A stretch of 39,633 nucleotides of DNA from Anaerolineae bacterium (GTDB lineage Bacteria > Chloroflexota > Anaerolineae > Promineifilales > Promineifilaceae): contig JAICPS010000001.1 in assembly GCA_025929715.1 (NCBI GenBank), forward strand, positions 1-39,633, in the 5' to 3' direction. The notes beneath the pieces are model-generated. The model did not search any database. It was not told where the DNA came from and was given only the letters and a program-made list of their open reading frames with translations. Every line of letters begins with the position of its first letter. Position 1 is the first letter of the stretch. Below are positions 26,925 to 34,924 of the stretch, piece by piece. Position numbers and translations under genes: made by a program.

Positions 26925-28051
26925 GCGAGGATAGATTTGCTTTTATTATTCATCCGATAGACGTTCGACGCGATGTAAGCCGCAAATACCCTGCGCTTCG
27001 TCATCTTCCCACGTGGCTGATTGAACTGCTCTCCATCTTTTGCCCACCGTTGTACATCTCAAAGATCAGCGGCGTTCGCTCTAACGCAAACGGGCGCGAA
27101 TTGGAAGGCTGGTTTGTGGCTTGTCCGCTCTCAGCGCGCCTGATGCTGTCGCTGCCGCCAGAGTTCGTTTTTCGCAAGATTATCCAGAGCGGACGGTTGG
27201 CCGAGCGGCTCGGCGCGCGGATTTTAGGGCTTGGCGCATTTACCTCTGTGGTCGGCGACGGTGGTATATCAATCGCTCGCGCTCTGAGTATTCCGGTGAC
27301 AACCGGTAACAGCTATACCGTTGCGATCACAATGCACGCCGTTCGCCATGCTGCGAGACATTTAAAGGTCGATCTCCATGAAGCGACTGTAGCAGTGGTC
27401 GGCGCATCGGGCTCGATAGGGAGCGTCTGTGCCAGTTTGCTTGCCCCCGATGCTAAGCGGTTAATCCTGGTCGGCCGCAACGAGCACGCCTTGCAGCGCG
27501 TTGCGGAGCTATCGCGGCAGGCAGGCGCAGCCGACGTTCAAACAAACACAGAAGTTGCGAGTGTTCGCCAGGCGCAAATTGTAATAAGCGCCACCAACGC
27601 CCTGCAGGCCGTGCTCCGGTCAGAAGATCTACATCCTGGAGCGATCATCTGTGACGTGGCTCGACCGTGCGACGTTGCTCGACAGGTCTCAGAAGACCGG
27701 CCCGATGTTGTGTTTATCGAAGGCGGCGTAGTAGAGGTGCCCGGTGACGTGGACTTTGGTTTTGATTTCGGAGCTCCACCTGGAATGGCTTACGCCTGTA
27801 TGGCCGAGACGATGGCTCTCGCGCTGGAAGGCCGTTATGAGTCCTTTACGCTGGGCAAAAGGCTTGAACCGGCGCAGGTCGCCGCGATTGATAAGATTGC
27901 CGCGCGACACGGGTTCAAGTTAGGTGGTCTCCGTAACCTCCAACAGACTGTATCAGGATCAGAATTTGCTGCCGGTGCAGCGGGCGCGTCCCCTGGCCGT
28001 CAGCATGAGAAGGTCGCCGTCGGCGCTGCCGATTACATCTTAGAATCTTGA
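26921..28051 (+). CDS. Homolog of cyanobacterial long-chain acyl-[ACP] reductase (AAR family), NAD(P)-binding
   Basis: Block-by-block resemblance to S. elongatus AAR as I remember it, written ours/AAR: FAFIIHP/FGLIGH, LGLGAFTSV/ALGGFTSI, TTGNSYTVA/TTGNTHTAY, ATVAVVGASGSIGS/ATVAVVGATGDIGS, IEGGVVE/LNGGVVE, YACMAETMAL/FACFAEAML (Cys293 here, TGT at 27797-27799), RHGFKL/RHGFQPL. The start ATG overlaps the upstream stop (ATGA). Confidence 0.75.
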   Translation: MSEDRFAFIIHPIDVRRDVSRKYPALRHLPTWLIELLSIFCPPLYISKISGVRSNANGRELEGWFVACPLSARLMLSLPPEFVFRKIIQSGRLAERLGARILGLGAFTSVVGDGGISIARALSIPVTTGNSYTVAITMHAVRHAARHLKVDLHEATVAVVGASGSIGSVCASLLAPDAKRLILVGRNEHALQRVAELSRQAGAADVQTNTEVASVRQAQIVISATNALQAVLRSEDLHPGAIICDVARPCDVARQVSEDRPDVVFIEGGVVEVPGDVDFGFDFGAPPGMAYACMAETMALALEGRYESFTLGKRLEPAQVAAIDKIAARHGFKLGGLRNLQQTVSGSEFAAGAAGASPGRQHEKVAVGAADYILES

Positions 28052-28063
28052 GGAAGAGATCTC

Positions 28064-28963
28064 ATGAGCAGTGGTAGAATCTTAGTGGTCGAAGACGATT
28101 TCGATATCTCTAACATGCTGCGCATTTATTTTACGGGACAGGGATACCAGGTCGAAGTCGCCGCTCGTGGCGGCGACGCGTTGGCGATGTGTCGCCGTAA
28201 GCTGCCAGATCTGATCGTACTAGATATTATGTTGCCGGATATGGATGGCTATTCAGTATGCCGTGAATTGCGAATGGCGACACGCACAAGCCACATTCCG
28301 GTAATCTTTTTAACCCAGAAAGACGAGCGTAGCGACAAGATAGCCGGGTTAGAGTTGGGCGCCGACGATTACATTACCAAACCGTTCGACATCGAGGAGC
28401 TCAAACTGCGGGTGCGGAGCGCAATACGTGCGCATCAGCGCCTGAACATGACCGATCCACGCACCGGACTGCCCAGTGGCCGGCTGATAGAAGAACAGTT
28501 GCGCCGCCTAATGCGACGTGATGATTGGACCTTTATTCTTGCGGGGATCGATCACCTGGACATTTTTAATGATGCCTATGGGTTCGTCGCCGGTGATGAA
28601 GTACTTCGCTTCGCAGCGCTGCTCTTTGGCGACGTCCTGGACCACACCGGCACTGAGAACGACTTTCTCGGCCATGCGAGCAGCGCAACCTTTACTATCA
28701 TCACGTATAGCCCGGACGTGGGCGCGCTCGTTTCTCAAATGCGCCGGCGATTTCAAGAAGAAGTGCGTCCGCATTATAACTTTATGGACTCTGAGCGCGG
28801 TAGTGTGGCGCTCCACGATGGCGCCATCGGACCACTCATGACCCTTAGCGTGGGTGTTGTCTCCGGTCGCACGGACAGTTTTGCCGACATTCGCGAAATC
28901 ACAGAGACCGCCGCCGAACGGCGGCGTGCGGAGAGAGAGCCACGGGTCCAGGTCGGACAATGA
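28064..28963 (+). CDS. Response regulator: receiver domain plus degenerate GGDEF domain
   Basis: The receiver is intact: EDD at aa 10-12, phospho-acceptor D54 in LIVLDIMLPDMDG, and K106 in TKPF. GGDEF-fold landmarks are DPRTGLPSGR and GIDHLDIFNDAYGFVAGDEVL. The signature motif reads GHASSATF (aa 203-210, nt 28670-28693) where RxGGDEF is expected. Confidence 0.85.
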   Translation: MSSGRILVVEDDFDISNMLRIYFTGQGYQVEVAARGGDALAMCRRKLPDLIVLDIMLPDMDGYSVCRELRMATRTSHIPVIFLTQKDERSDKIAGLELGADDYITKPFDIEELKLRVRSAIRAHQRLNMTDPRTGLPSGRLIEEQLRRLMRRDDWTFILAGIDHLDIFNDAYGFVAGDEVLRFAALLFGDVLDHTGTENDFLGHASSATFTIITYSPDVGALVSQMRRRFQEEVRPHYNFMDSERGSVALHDGAIGPLMTLSVGVVSGRTDSFADIREITETAAERRRAEREPRVQVGQ

Positions 28964-28987
28964 GCGCCAGCGCCGGAAAGACAGAAT

Positions 28988-31900
28988 ATGTTGCAGAAAG
29001 AACAGCCTCCGGCAGTTGCCCAATTAGAGGCGCTATCCAGGGTAAGTAACCGCCTGGGAGCCACCCTTTTGCTGGACGAAATTTTGAATCTGGTACTGTT
29101 GGAAGCAGTGCAGAACTCTAATGCATCGTGCGGCGAAATCTTGCTCCTCGACGAGAACCAGGGCATTGATGCGACGTACACATTCCCAGGTCCGGCGCCG
29201 GCGACACCACGCCTTAATGAGCAGGTCATAGAGCGGAAGTCAGCTCACGTTTACGCCGTTGCTTCACTGTTGGAGCCAGCACAGGCTAGAGAGCAGCTGC
29301 ACTTCGCGCTCATTGCACCGGTACTTTTCGAGAGTCGCGTCTCTGGACTGATCCGCCTCATCAGCGCCGATCCCAACGGCTTTGCCGACACGGATCTTAC
29401 ATTCGTGTCGGCGCTCACAGATCTTACAGCGCTAGCCGTTGGAAATGCACTGCGCTTCAGCGAATTGAGGGAGCGAAACACGCTGTTACAGCGCCGCACA
29501 CAGCAGATCGAGCATTTCCTGGAATCAAGTCGAGTGTTCCATAGCGAACGACGGCTGGAAGAAGTTTACGAAGAGTTGGTGTATGCCATTCAGGAAGGTG
29601 TTGGCTATAACGTTGTCTTACTTAGCCTTGTCGAAAATACTGGCCAGGGAATGAGCTTGCGACGAGTTACGGCAGCCGGACTTCCGATAGAGCGGCTGAA
29701 AGAAATCCAAAAAACGCCACAATCCTGGCAGGAAGTCGAGAAGTTGTTCTCGCCCAATTTTCGCCTGGGAGGCGCCTATTTTATAGCGCGAGGCACTTCC
29801 AGTGCTGAGGGACTCGGGCTTTCCGTGCCTCACGTTGGCGACCTATATCGATCTCCTCTTGCTCCTAATCGAACGCCACTCGAAAAACTGTGGAATGAAG
29901 CGGATCTCTTTTTCATCCCCTTGCGGGATATGCAGGGCAAACCGCAAGGACTTATCAGCCTCGCTTCGCCGATTGATGGGCTTCGCCCCGATTTAAATAC
30001 AGCGCGGGTTCTTGAAGTCTTTGCCAACCAGGCGGCAAGCGCAATCGAGAACGTGCAGTTATTCCACAATATGTGGGATTATGCCTTGCAGCTGCAACAA
30101 CTCCATAACGTCTCACAGCAGACCTTGCGCGAGCGAGATTTTGATCGACAGTTGGAGATCATTCTCGATGGACTACAAATTGCCGGTTGGCAGCGTGTGA
30201 CGCTGACCTTGCGCGACGAAGCCTTCAAAGTTACCAAACTTATTTCGGCCGGCTTATCGACCGCCGAGCACGACGCGCTCGAGCATACGCTCCTGCCGGC
30301 CGCTATCTGGCGGCAGCGGTTCGGCCATGAAACACTCCAGCAATATAGACGTGGTAATTGCTACTTCGTTCCCGACGACGATCCACGGACACGCCCGGCG
30401 GTCGAAGCCGTATTTCCGGCGGCCGCCCAGCCCGAAACTGACGAACGATGGTCTCCCGGCGGAGTGCTGTACCGGCCATTATTCGATCGAGAGCAGCAGT
30501 TAATAGGCCTGCTGGCGCTCGCATCGCCCGACAGCCATCGACATCCTGACGAAAACGGGCTGCAGACGATAGACCTCTACGCACAGTTCGCCATATCCGT
30601 AATCGAAAGCCATCGCATGTTTAGCGAAATGCAACGGCGCAGCCAGGAGCTCCAAGCCCTTTTTGACGCGAGTAAGGCGTTGTCAGGAACGTTGAAGCAG
30701 GATGCCATTCTGACCGCCATGGGGGAGCATATGCTGCAGGCGGTAAGCGCCAGCGCCTATACAGTCTATGCTCTGACGCGGAACAGGCGCGATACCGTGG
30801 TGCTGCGCAGCGAATCAAAGGTGGGCTGGCTAGACGAAGAGCCGGCCGGTACCCAGAGCCAGATCAGGCAGGTGTCGTTAGCCCAAAAGGTAATTGAAAC
30901 AAGGCGGGCCGCTGCACAGGACTTCTCAGCGCCGTCAACTGGCGCGGGCGCCGAGCAAGGTGAACGCTTCTCGCTGGCTATGTTGCCCCTACCCCTTGGT
31001 GACGAGCTTTTTGGCCTGGTAGAGGTCATTGCGACCAACTCACAGTTTAATTGGACTCCAGACAAGCTCCAGCTGCTGGAAGCTATCGCCAATCAGGCCA
31101 GCACGGCCCTGGAGACTGCTCATCTCGTAGAGGAGTTAGATGATCGCGTCGCTCAACGAACCCGCGCACTGGCGGAAGAGGTTGCCCGCGTTCAGTCTAT
31201 CCTTGAAAGTATGGCGGATGGCGTTCTTGTGGCCGAGGCTGACGGAACCATTTTGATGGCAAACATGCCCACGGCGCAATACTTCGACTTACCCCAAGAA
31301 CGATTGGTTGGTCAACCCGTGGAAAAGCTTAAGAGCCCACATGGTAACGGCGCCGATCGTTGGGCCAACACAGTGCGCATGTGGTCAACGCAATCCGCAA
31401 GCCTTCAACCACACGGCGCTGTAAAGGACCAGATAGAAGTCGGCGCCCGGGTGCTAAATGTCCACGTTTCTCCTGTATTTGCCAACGGTCACTTCTTCGG
31501 CACCATCTCTATCTTCCGCGATATCACACGAGAGGCCGAAGTTGACCGCATGAAAAGCGAGTTTGTGTCTACAGTGTCACACGAGCTTCGTACGCCGATG
31601 ACCTCGATCAAGGGTTACACGGATCTTCTGCTCATGGGCGCTGCCGGAGAAGTGCCCGAACCCCAACATCGCTTTCTGGAGGTGATCCGCAAGAATGCGG
31701 ATCGACTGACGGTCCTGGTAGACGATCTTCTGGACATTTCGAGAATTGAGACGGGTAAGACCGATTTGAAACTGCAACCTGTCGACGTATCACGAATCAT
31801 TCAGCACGATATTGGAGAACACGTCAGAGGCCGCATCCAGCACGAAAACAAGGCGCTCAATTTTTCGATTTCTCTGGAACCGCCGCTGCCACCGGTTCAC

Positions 31901-32353
31901 GCCGATCCTGAAAAAGTTACCCGAATCTTGATGAATCTGGTAGACAATGCCATAAACTACACACCAGATGGTGGTACAATCGAGGTGCAGGCTTTCACGT
32001 CCGCTATCACCCACACTTCGGCGCAGAGTGAGAAAGGTTGCGGAGACATGGTTTGTATCCGCGTTCGCGATTCCGGAGTTGGCATCAGCCGCGAAAACAT
32101 CGAGCGTATTTTCGAGCGCTTTTACCGGGTCGAGGGCGGTAATTTTCAGGACGCGCCGGGCACAGGGCTTGGCCTCCCTATCGTACGCAGCCTGGTCGAG
32201 ATGCACGGTGGCGAAATATCGGTAGAAAGTGAACCTGGTGTTGGTAGCACCTTTACGTTTAGCTTGCCCTGTGTCAATGGGGATAAACACGATCTGACCG
32301 AAATATCAAGCGCGTCCTCATACGACGCCAACGCGAGGAAATTGAGAACATGA
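28988..32353 (+). CDS. Cytoplasmic sensor histidine kinase: four GAF-like domains, PAS, HisKA, HATPase_c
   Basis: No TM segment. Four repeats of about 170-190 aa each end in a GAF-like ...A.Q.A.A(I/L)EN..L... helix plus coiled coil, at aa ~10-165, 170-365, 370-560 and 560-730. PAS at ~735-850 (ADGVLVAEADGTILMAN...ISIFRDIT). H-box SHELRTP with His865 at 31580-31582. N box NLVDNAINYT, G1 RDSGVGI, G2 GTGLGL. Confidence 0.9.
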   Translation: MLQKEQPPAVAQLEALSRVSNRLGATLLLDEILNLVLLEAVQNSNASCGEILLLDENQGIDATYTFPGPAPATPRLNEQVIERKSAHVYAVASLLEPAQAREQLHFALIAPVLFESRVSGLIRLISADPNGFADTDLTFVSALTDLTALAVGNALRFSELRERNTLLQRRTQQIEHFLESSRVFHSERRLEEVYEELVYAIQEGVGYNVVLLSLVENTGQGMSLRRVTAAGLPIERLKEIQKTPQSWQEVEKLFSPNFRLGGAYFIARGTSSAEGLGLSVPHVGDLYRSPLAPNRTPLEKLWNEADLFFIPLRDMQGKPQGLISLASPIDGLRPDLNTARVLEVFANQAASAIENVQLFHNMWDYALQLQQLHNVSQQTLRERDFDRQLEIILDGLQIAGWQRVTLTLRDEAFKVTKLISAGLSTAEHDALEHTLLPAAIWRQRFGHETLQQYRRGNCYFVPDDDPRTRPAVEAVFPAAAQPETDERWSPGGVLYRPLFDREQQLIGLLALASPDSHRHPDENGLQTIDLYAQFAISVIESHRMFSEMQRRSQELQALFDASKALSGTLKQDAILTAMGEHMLQAVSASAYTVYALTRNRRDTVVLRSESKVGWLDEEPAGTQSQIRQVSLAQKVIETRRAAAQDFSAPSTGAGAEQGERFSLAMLPLPLGDELFGLVEVIATNSQFNWTPDKLQLLEAIANQASTALETAHLVEELDDRVAQRTRALAEEVARVQSILESMADGVLVAEADGTILMANMPTAQYFDLPQERLVGQPVEKLKSPHGNGADRWANTVRMWSTQSASLQPHGAVKDQIEVGARVLNVHVSPVFANGHFFGTISIFRDITREAEVDRMKSEFVSTVSHELRTPMTSIKGYTDLLLMGAAGEVPEPQHRFLEVIRKNADRLTVLVDDLLDISRIETGKTDLKLQPVDVSRIIQHDIGEHVRGRIQHENKALNFSISLEPPLPPVHADPEKVTRILMNLVDNAINYTPDGGTIEVQAFTSAITHTSAQSEKGCGDMVCIRVRDSGVGISRENIERIFERFYRVEGGNFQDAPGTGLGLPIVRSLVEMHGGEISVESEPGVGSTFTFSLPCVNGDKHDLTEISSASSYDANARKLRT

Positions 32354-32354
32354 C

Positions 32355-32720
32355 ATGGCGAAAATTCTGATAGCTGAAGACGATTTAGATATCCGCGAAC
32401 TGGTTGTGCTGACGCTTCAATTCCATGGACATCAAGTAATCAGCGCGTCTGATGGCGCTCAGGCCGTCGAGAAAGCACAACAGGGCTCGTTTGACCTTAT
32501 CTTGATGGACGTTCGCATGCCGCGTATGACCGGGTATGAAGCGTGCCGTCGACTGCGCGAAAATGACGCGACCAGGGACACGCCAATCATTTTCCTTTCG
32601 GCGAAGGGGCAGGAAGCCGAGATTCAGGCCGGAATGGACGCCGGCGCCACGCAATATATCCTTAAACCATTCGCGCCTGATATCTTGGCCACGAAGATAA
32701 AGGACGTACTAGGCGCCTGA
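32355..32720 (+). CDS. Single-domain response regulator (CheY-like)
   Basis: KILIAEDD...DLILMDVRMPRMTG...PIIFLSAKG...ILKPF. The ATG lies 1 nt after the kinase stop codon. Confidence 0.9.
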   Translation: MAKILIAEDDLDIRELVVLTLQFHGHQVISASDGAQAVEKAQQGSFDLILMDVRMPRMTGYEACRRLRENDATRDTPIIFLSAKGQEAEIQAGMDAGATQYILKPFAPDILATKIKDVLGA

Positions 32721-32773
32721 TTGATGCAGATTCTTTGTCGAGCTATCTCGGCGTATAGTCGAAAGTAAACAAG

Positions 32774-33565
32774 ATGAGCATCACGACGATCGGAAGAAAT
32801 CTGGTCCACTACGAAGCTCTGGGCCGCGGCAAGCCATTGATTTTCATTCATGGCTGGCTTGGTTCGTGGCGCTATTGGTGGCCGTCGATGCAGGCGCTCG
32901 CCACGCATTACCGCACCTTTGCCCTGGACCTTTGGGGATTTGGCGATTCGAGTAAGGTCAGCGAGAAGTACTCGCTGTCGAATTACATGGAAATGCTGGA
33001 CCAGTTCATAGAAGGCCTGGGTATAGCCGTCCCGGTTGTCATCGTCGGACATGGCCTGGGAGCAGGCGTCGCCATTCGATATGCGCTGCAAAATCCAGAG
33101 GACGTGGCACGAATTGCTCTTGTCGGGCTGCCTGTAAGCGGGGCAGCGCTGAATACCCGCCTCGTTCAGGGTGATAACCTGGCTGCTGCCATCCGCGTTA
33201 CAGGTAGAGCAAGAACTTTTCCCGAGATTGAAGTCGAGCTGAGGAAGAGCGATCCCGTCGCCGTTACCGCGCTTATGGACGAAATGCATCGATCCGACTT
33301 TTCGAATGATTTGCAACAGCTCAGCTGTCCGCTGCTGTTGCTTTTTGGCGGGCAAGATCCCCTCATCCAACAACCCAACGGCGAACATGCAGCCATCCGC
33401 GAAACCGCATTCAATCGCGCATACATTTGCTTTGACTCCTGTATGCACTTCCCGATGCTCGAAGAAACCGCGAAGTTCAACCGGTTGGTGCTGGAATTTC
33501 TGCATAGCGATAATGATCTGCGCAGCCTTTCGCCAAAGAACTATTGGAAACGCCGCACGCACTAG
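32774..33565 (+). CDS. Alpha/beta-fold protein, paralog of 24751..25566, with nucleophile Ser replaced by Gly
   Basis: FIHGWLGSW...ALDLWGFGDS aligns along its length with the first hydrolase. The elbow reads GHGLGAG (Gly94, GGC at 33053-33055) in place of GHSMGG. The Asp (GGQDPLI) and His (CMHFPM) contexts are retained. Confidence 0.8.
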   Translation: MSITTIGRNLVHYEALGRGKPLIFIHGWLGSWRYWWPSMQALATHYRTFALDLWGFGDSSKVSEKYSLSNYMEMLDQFIEGLGIAVPVVIVGHGLGAGVAIRYALQNPEDVARIALVGLPVSGAALNTRLVQGDNLAAAIRVTGRARTFPEIEVELRKSDPVAVTALMDEMHRSDFSNDLQQLSCPLLLLFGGQDPLIQQPNGEHAAIRETAFNRAYICFDSCMHFPMLEETAKFNRLVLEFLHSDNDLRSLSPKNYWKRRTH

Positions 33566-33659
33566 CATACCATTAGCAGACCACGTATAATTTGCCTCCC
33601 CCACAACTTCCTCGGACAATCAGCGCCTCGTAGAAACACGGAATACAAGGAACGAATTA

Positions 33660-34886
33660 ATGGTATTGCGCCGTTTATTTGCACGCTTATTTCTTCTTGC
33701 CGGGATACTTATTGTCGGCTGCCAAACTTCTTCTGCTCCAGGTACCGGCTCTTCGTCCTCGACCATGCCGGCATCACAAGCGACCGGCCTGGCGCCCACC
33801 GCGCAACCCACGCTGGTTCCCGGCGCCGCGACGCCAACCGCGGCGCCGCTGGTCAGTACACCAGATACGGCGCCCTCGCCCGTAGGCTCCCCCGTAACGC
33901 AAGCTGAACCGACACAATCCATACCCGGATTAATCGGACCCGACAATTTCGCGCCCAATGTGAACCCACTAACCGGTCTGGTGGTCGACGATCCTGCGCG
34001 CCTGAACCGGCGGCCCGTCGCCATAAAGATTTCGAATTATCCTGCGGTCGTTCGCCCACAATCTGGATTGAATAGCGCAGATCTCATTTTCGAGCATTAC
34101 GCAGAGGGTGGGGTCACCCGGTTCACGGCCGTCTTTTATGGCAACGACGCCAACCCGGTAGGGTCCATACGCAGCGGCCGGCTAATCGACCTGGAGATAC
34201 CAAAGATGTATGACGCCGCGTTTGCTTACTCGGGTTCTAGCGGTCCGGTGCGTCTCATGCTGCGTGACAGTCCATTTTTTGACCGGATCATTTCGCCCGA
34301 TTTTGGTCATGGTGGCTACTTCCGCGTAGAAGATCCCAACAAGGCCTTTGAACATACACTGTTTACCGATACGGGCACTTTGCGCGCCATTCTCGAGGAA
34401 CGAGGCCTAAATACGCCCCCGCAATTTCAGACGAACATAGCCTTCCATCCTCAGCCGCCTGCCGGCGGCGTCCCAGCCAGCTCCATCGAGGTTCGTTACA
34501 TAGGGACCAATGCCTTCTGGCGCTACGATCCGATTACCACCGGCTACGTACGGTCCACAGATGGCGTGGTCCACGTAGACGCTAACACCGGTCAACAGCT
34601 AAACTTTCAGAATATCGTCGTAGTCGCAGCGCACCACGAAGATACGGACATCCTGGAGGATCTTGTCGGAGGCGGTCACTATTCGATTCAAATTCAAACT
34701 TGGGGCGAAGGTCCGGTTTCTATCTTTCGCGATGGACAGCGTTTTGACGGCCGCTGGCGCCGGGAAAACGCCAACGACATGCTCACATTTTATGACCAGG
34801 AAGGGAATATCCTGCCATTGGCGCCGGGCAACAGCTTCTTTCAACTCGTGCCGCTTGGCTTCACCGGATTGGTCGTGACTCAGTAG
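33660..34886 (+). CDS. DUF3048-domain lipoprotein (YerB-like)
   Basis: Signal peptide with lipobox LIVGC, then a PT/A-rich linker. RRPVAIKISNYPAVVRPQSGLNSADLIFEHYAEGGVTRFTAVFY is typical of DUF3048. Confidence 0.8.
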   Translation: MVLRRLFARLFLLAGILIVGCQTSSAPGTGSSSSTMPASQATGLAPTAQPTLVPGAATPTAAPLVSTPDTAPSPVGSPVTQAEPTQSIPGLIGPDNFAPNVNPLTGLVVDDPARLNRRPVAIKISNYPAVVRPQSGLNSADLIFEHYAEGGVTRFTAVFYGNDANPVGSIRSGRLIDLEIPKMYDAAFAYSGSSGPVRLMLRDSPFFDRIISPDFGHGGYFRVEDPNKAFEHTLFTDTGTLRAILEERGLNTPPQFQTNIAFHPQPPAGGVPASSIEVRYIGTNAFWRYDPITTGYVRSTDGVVHVDANTGQQLNFQNIVVVAAHHEDTDILEDLVGGGHYSIQIQTWGEGPVSIFRDGQRFDGRWRRENANDMLTFYDQEGNILPLAPGNSFFQLVPLGFTGLVVTQ

Positions 34887-34893
34887 GAGTCAC
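34875..34893. terminator. Hairpin between convergent genes (DUF3048 gene / IPK gene)
   Basis: GTGACTC-AGTAG-GAGTCAC overlaps the TAG stop at 34884-34886. Only a weak T-rich tail (CTTATTTGT) follows. Confidence 0.3.
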
Positions 34894-34924
34894 GTCACTT
34901 ATTTGTAAGTTCGTAGCGCGGCTA

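Noticed and set aside
32624-33619. 331-aa minus-strand ORF covering the second alpha/beta hydrolase gene
   Set aside because: The plus-strand protein is a clear paralog of the hydrolase at 24751..25566 and fits the tight operon spacing. The antisense product has no motifs.
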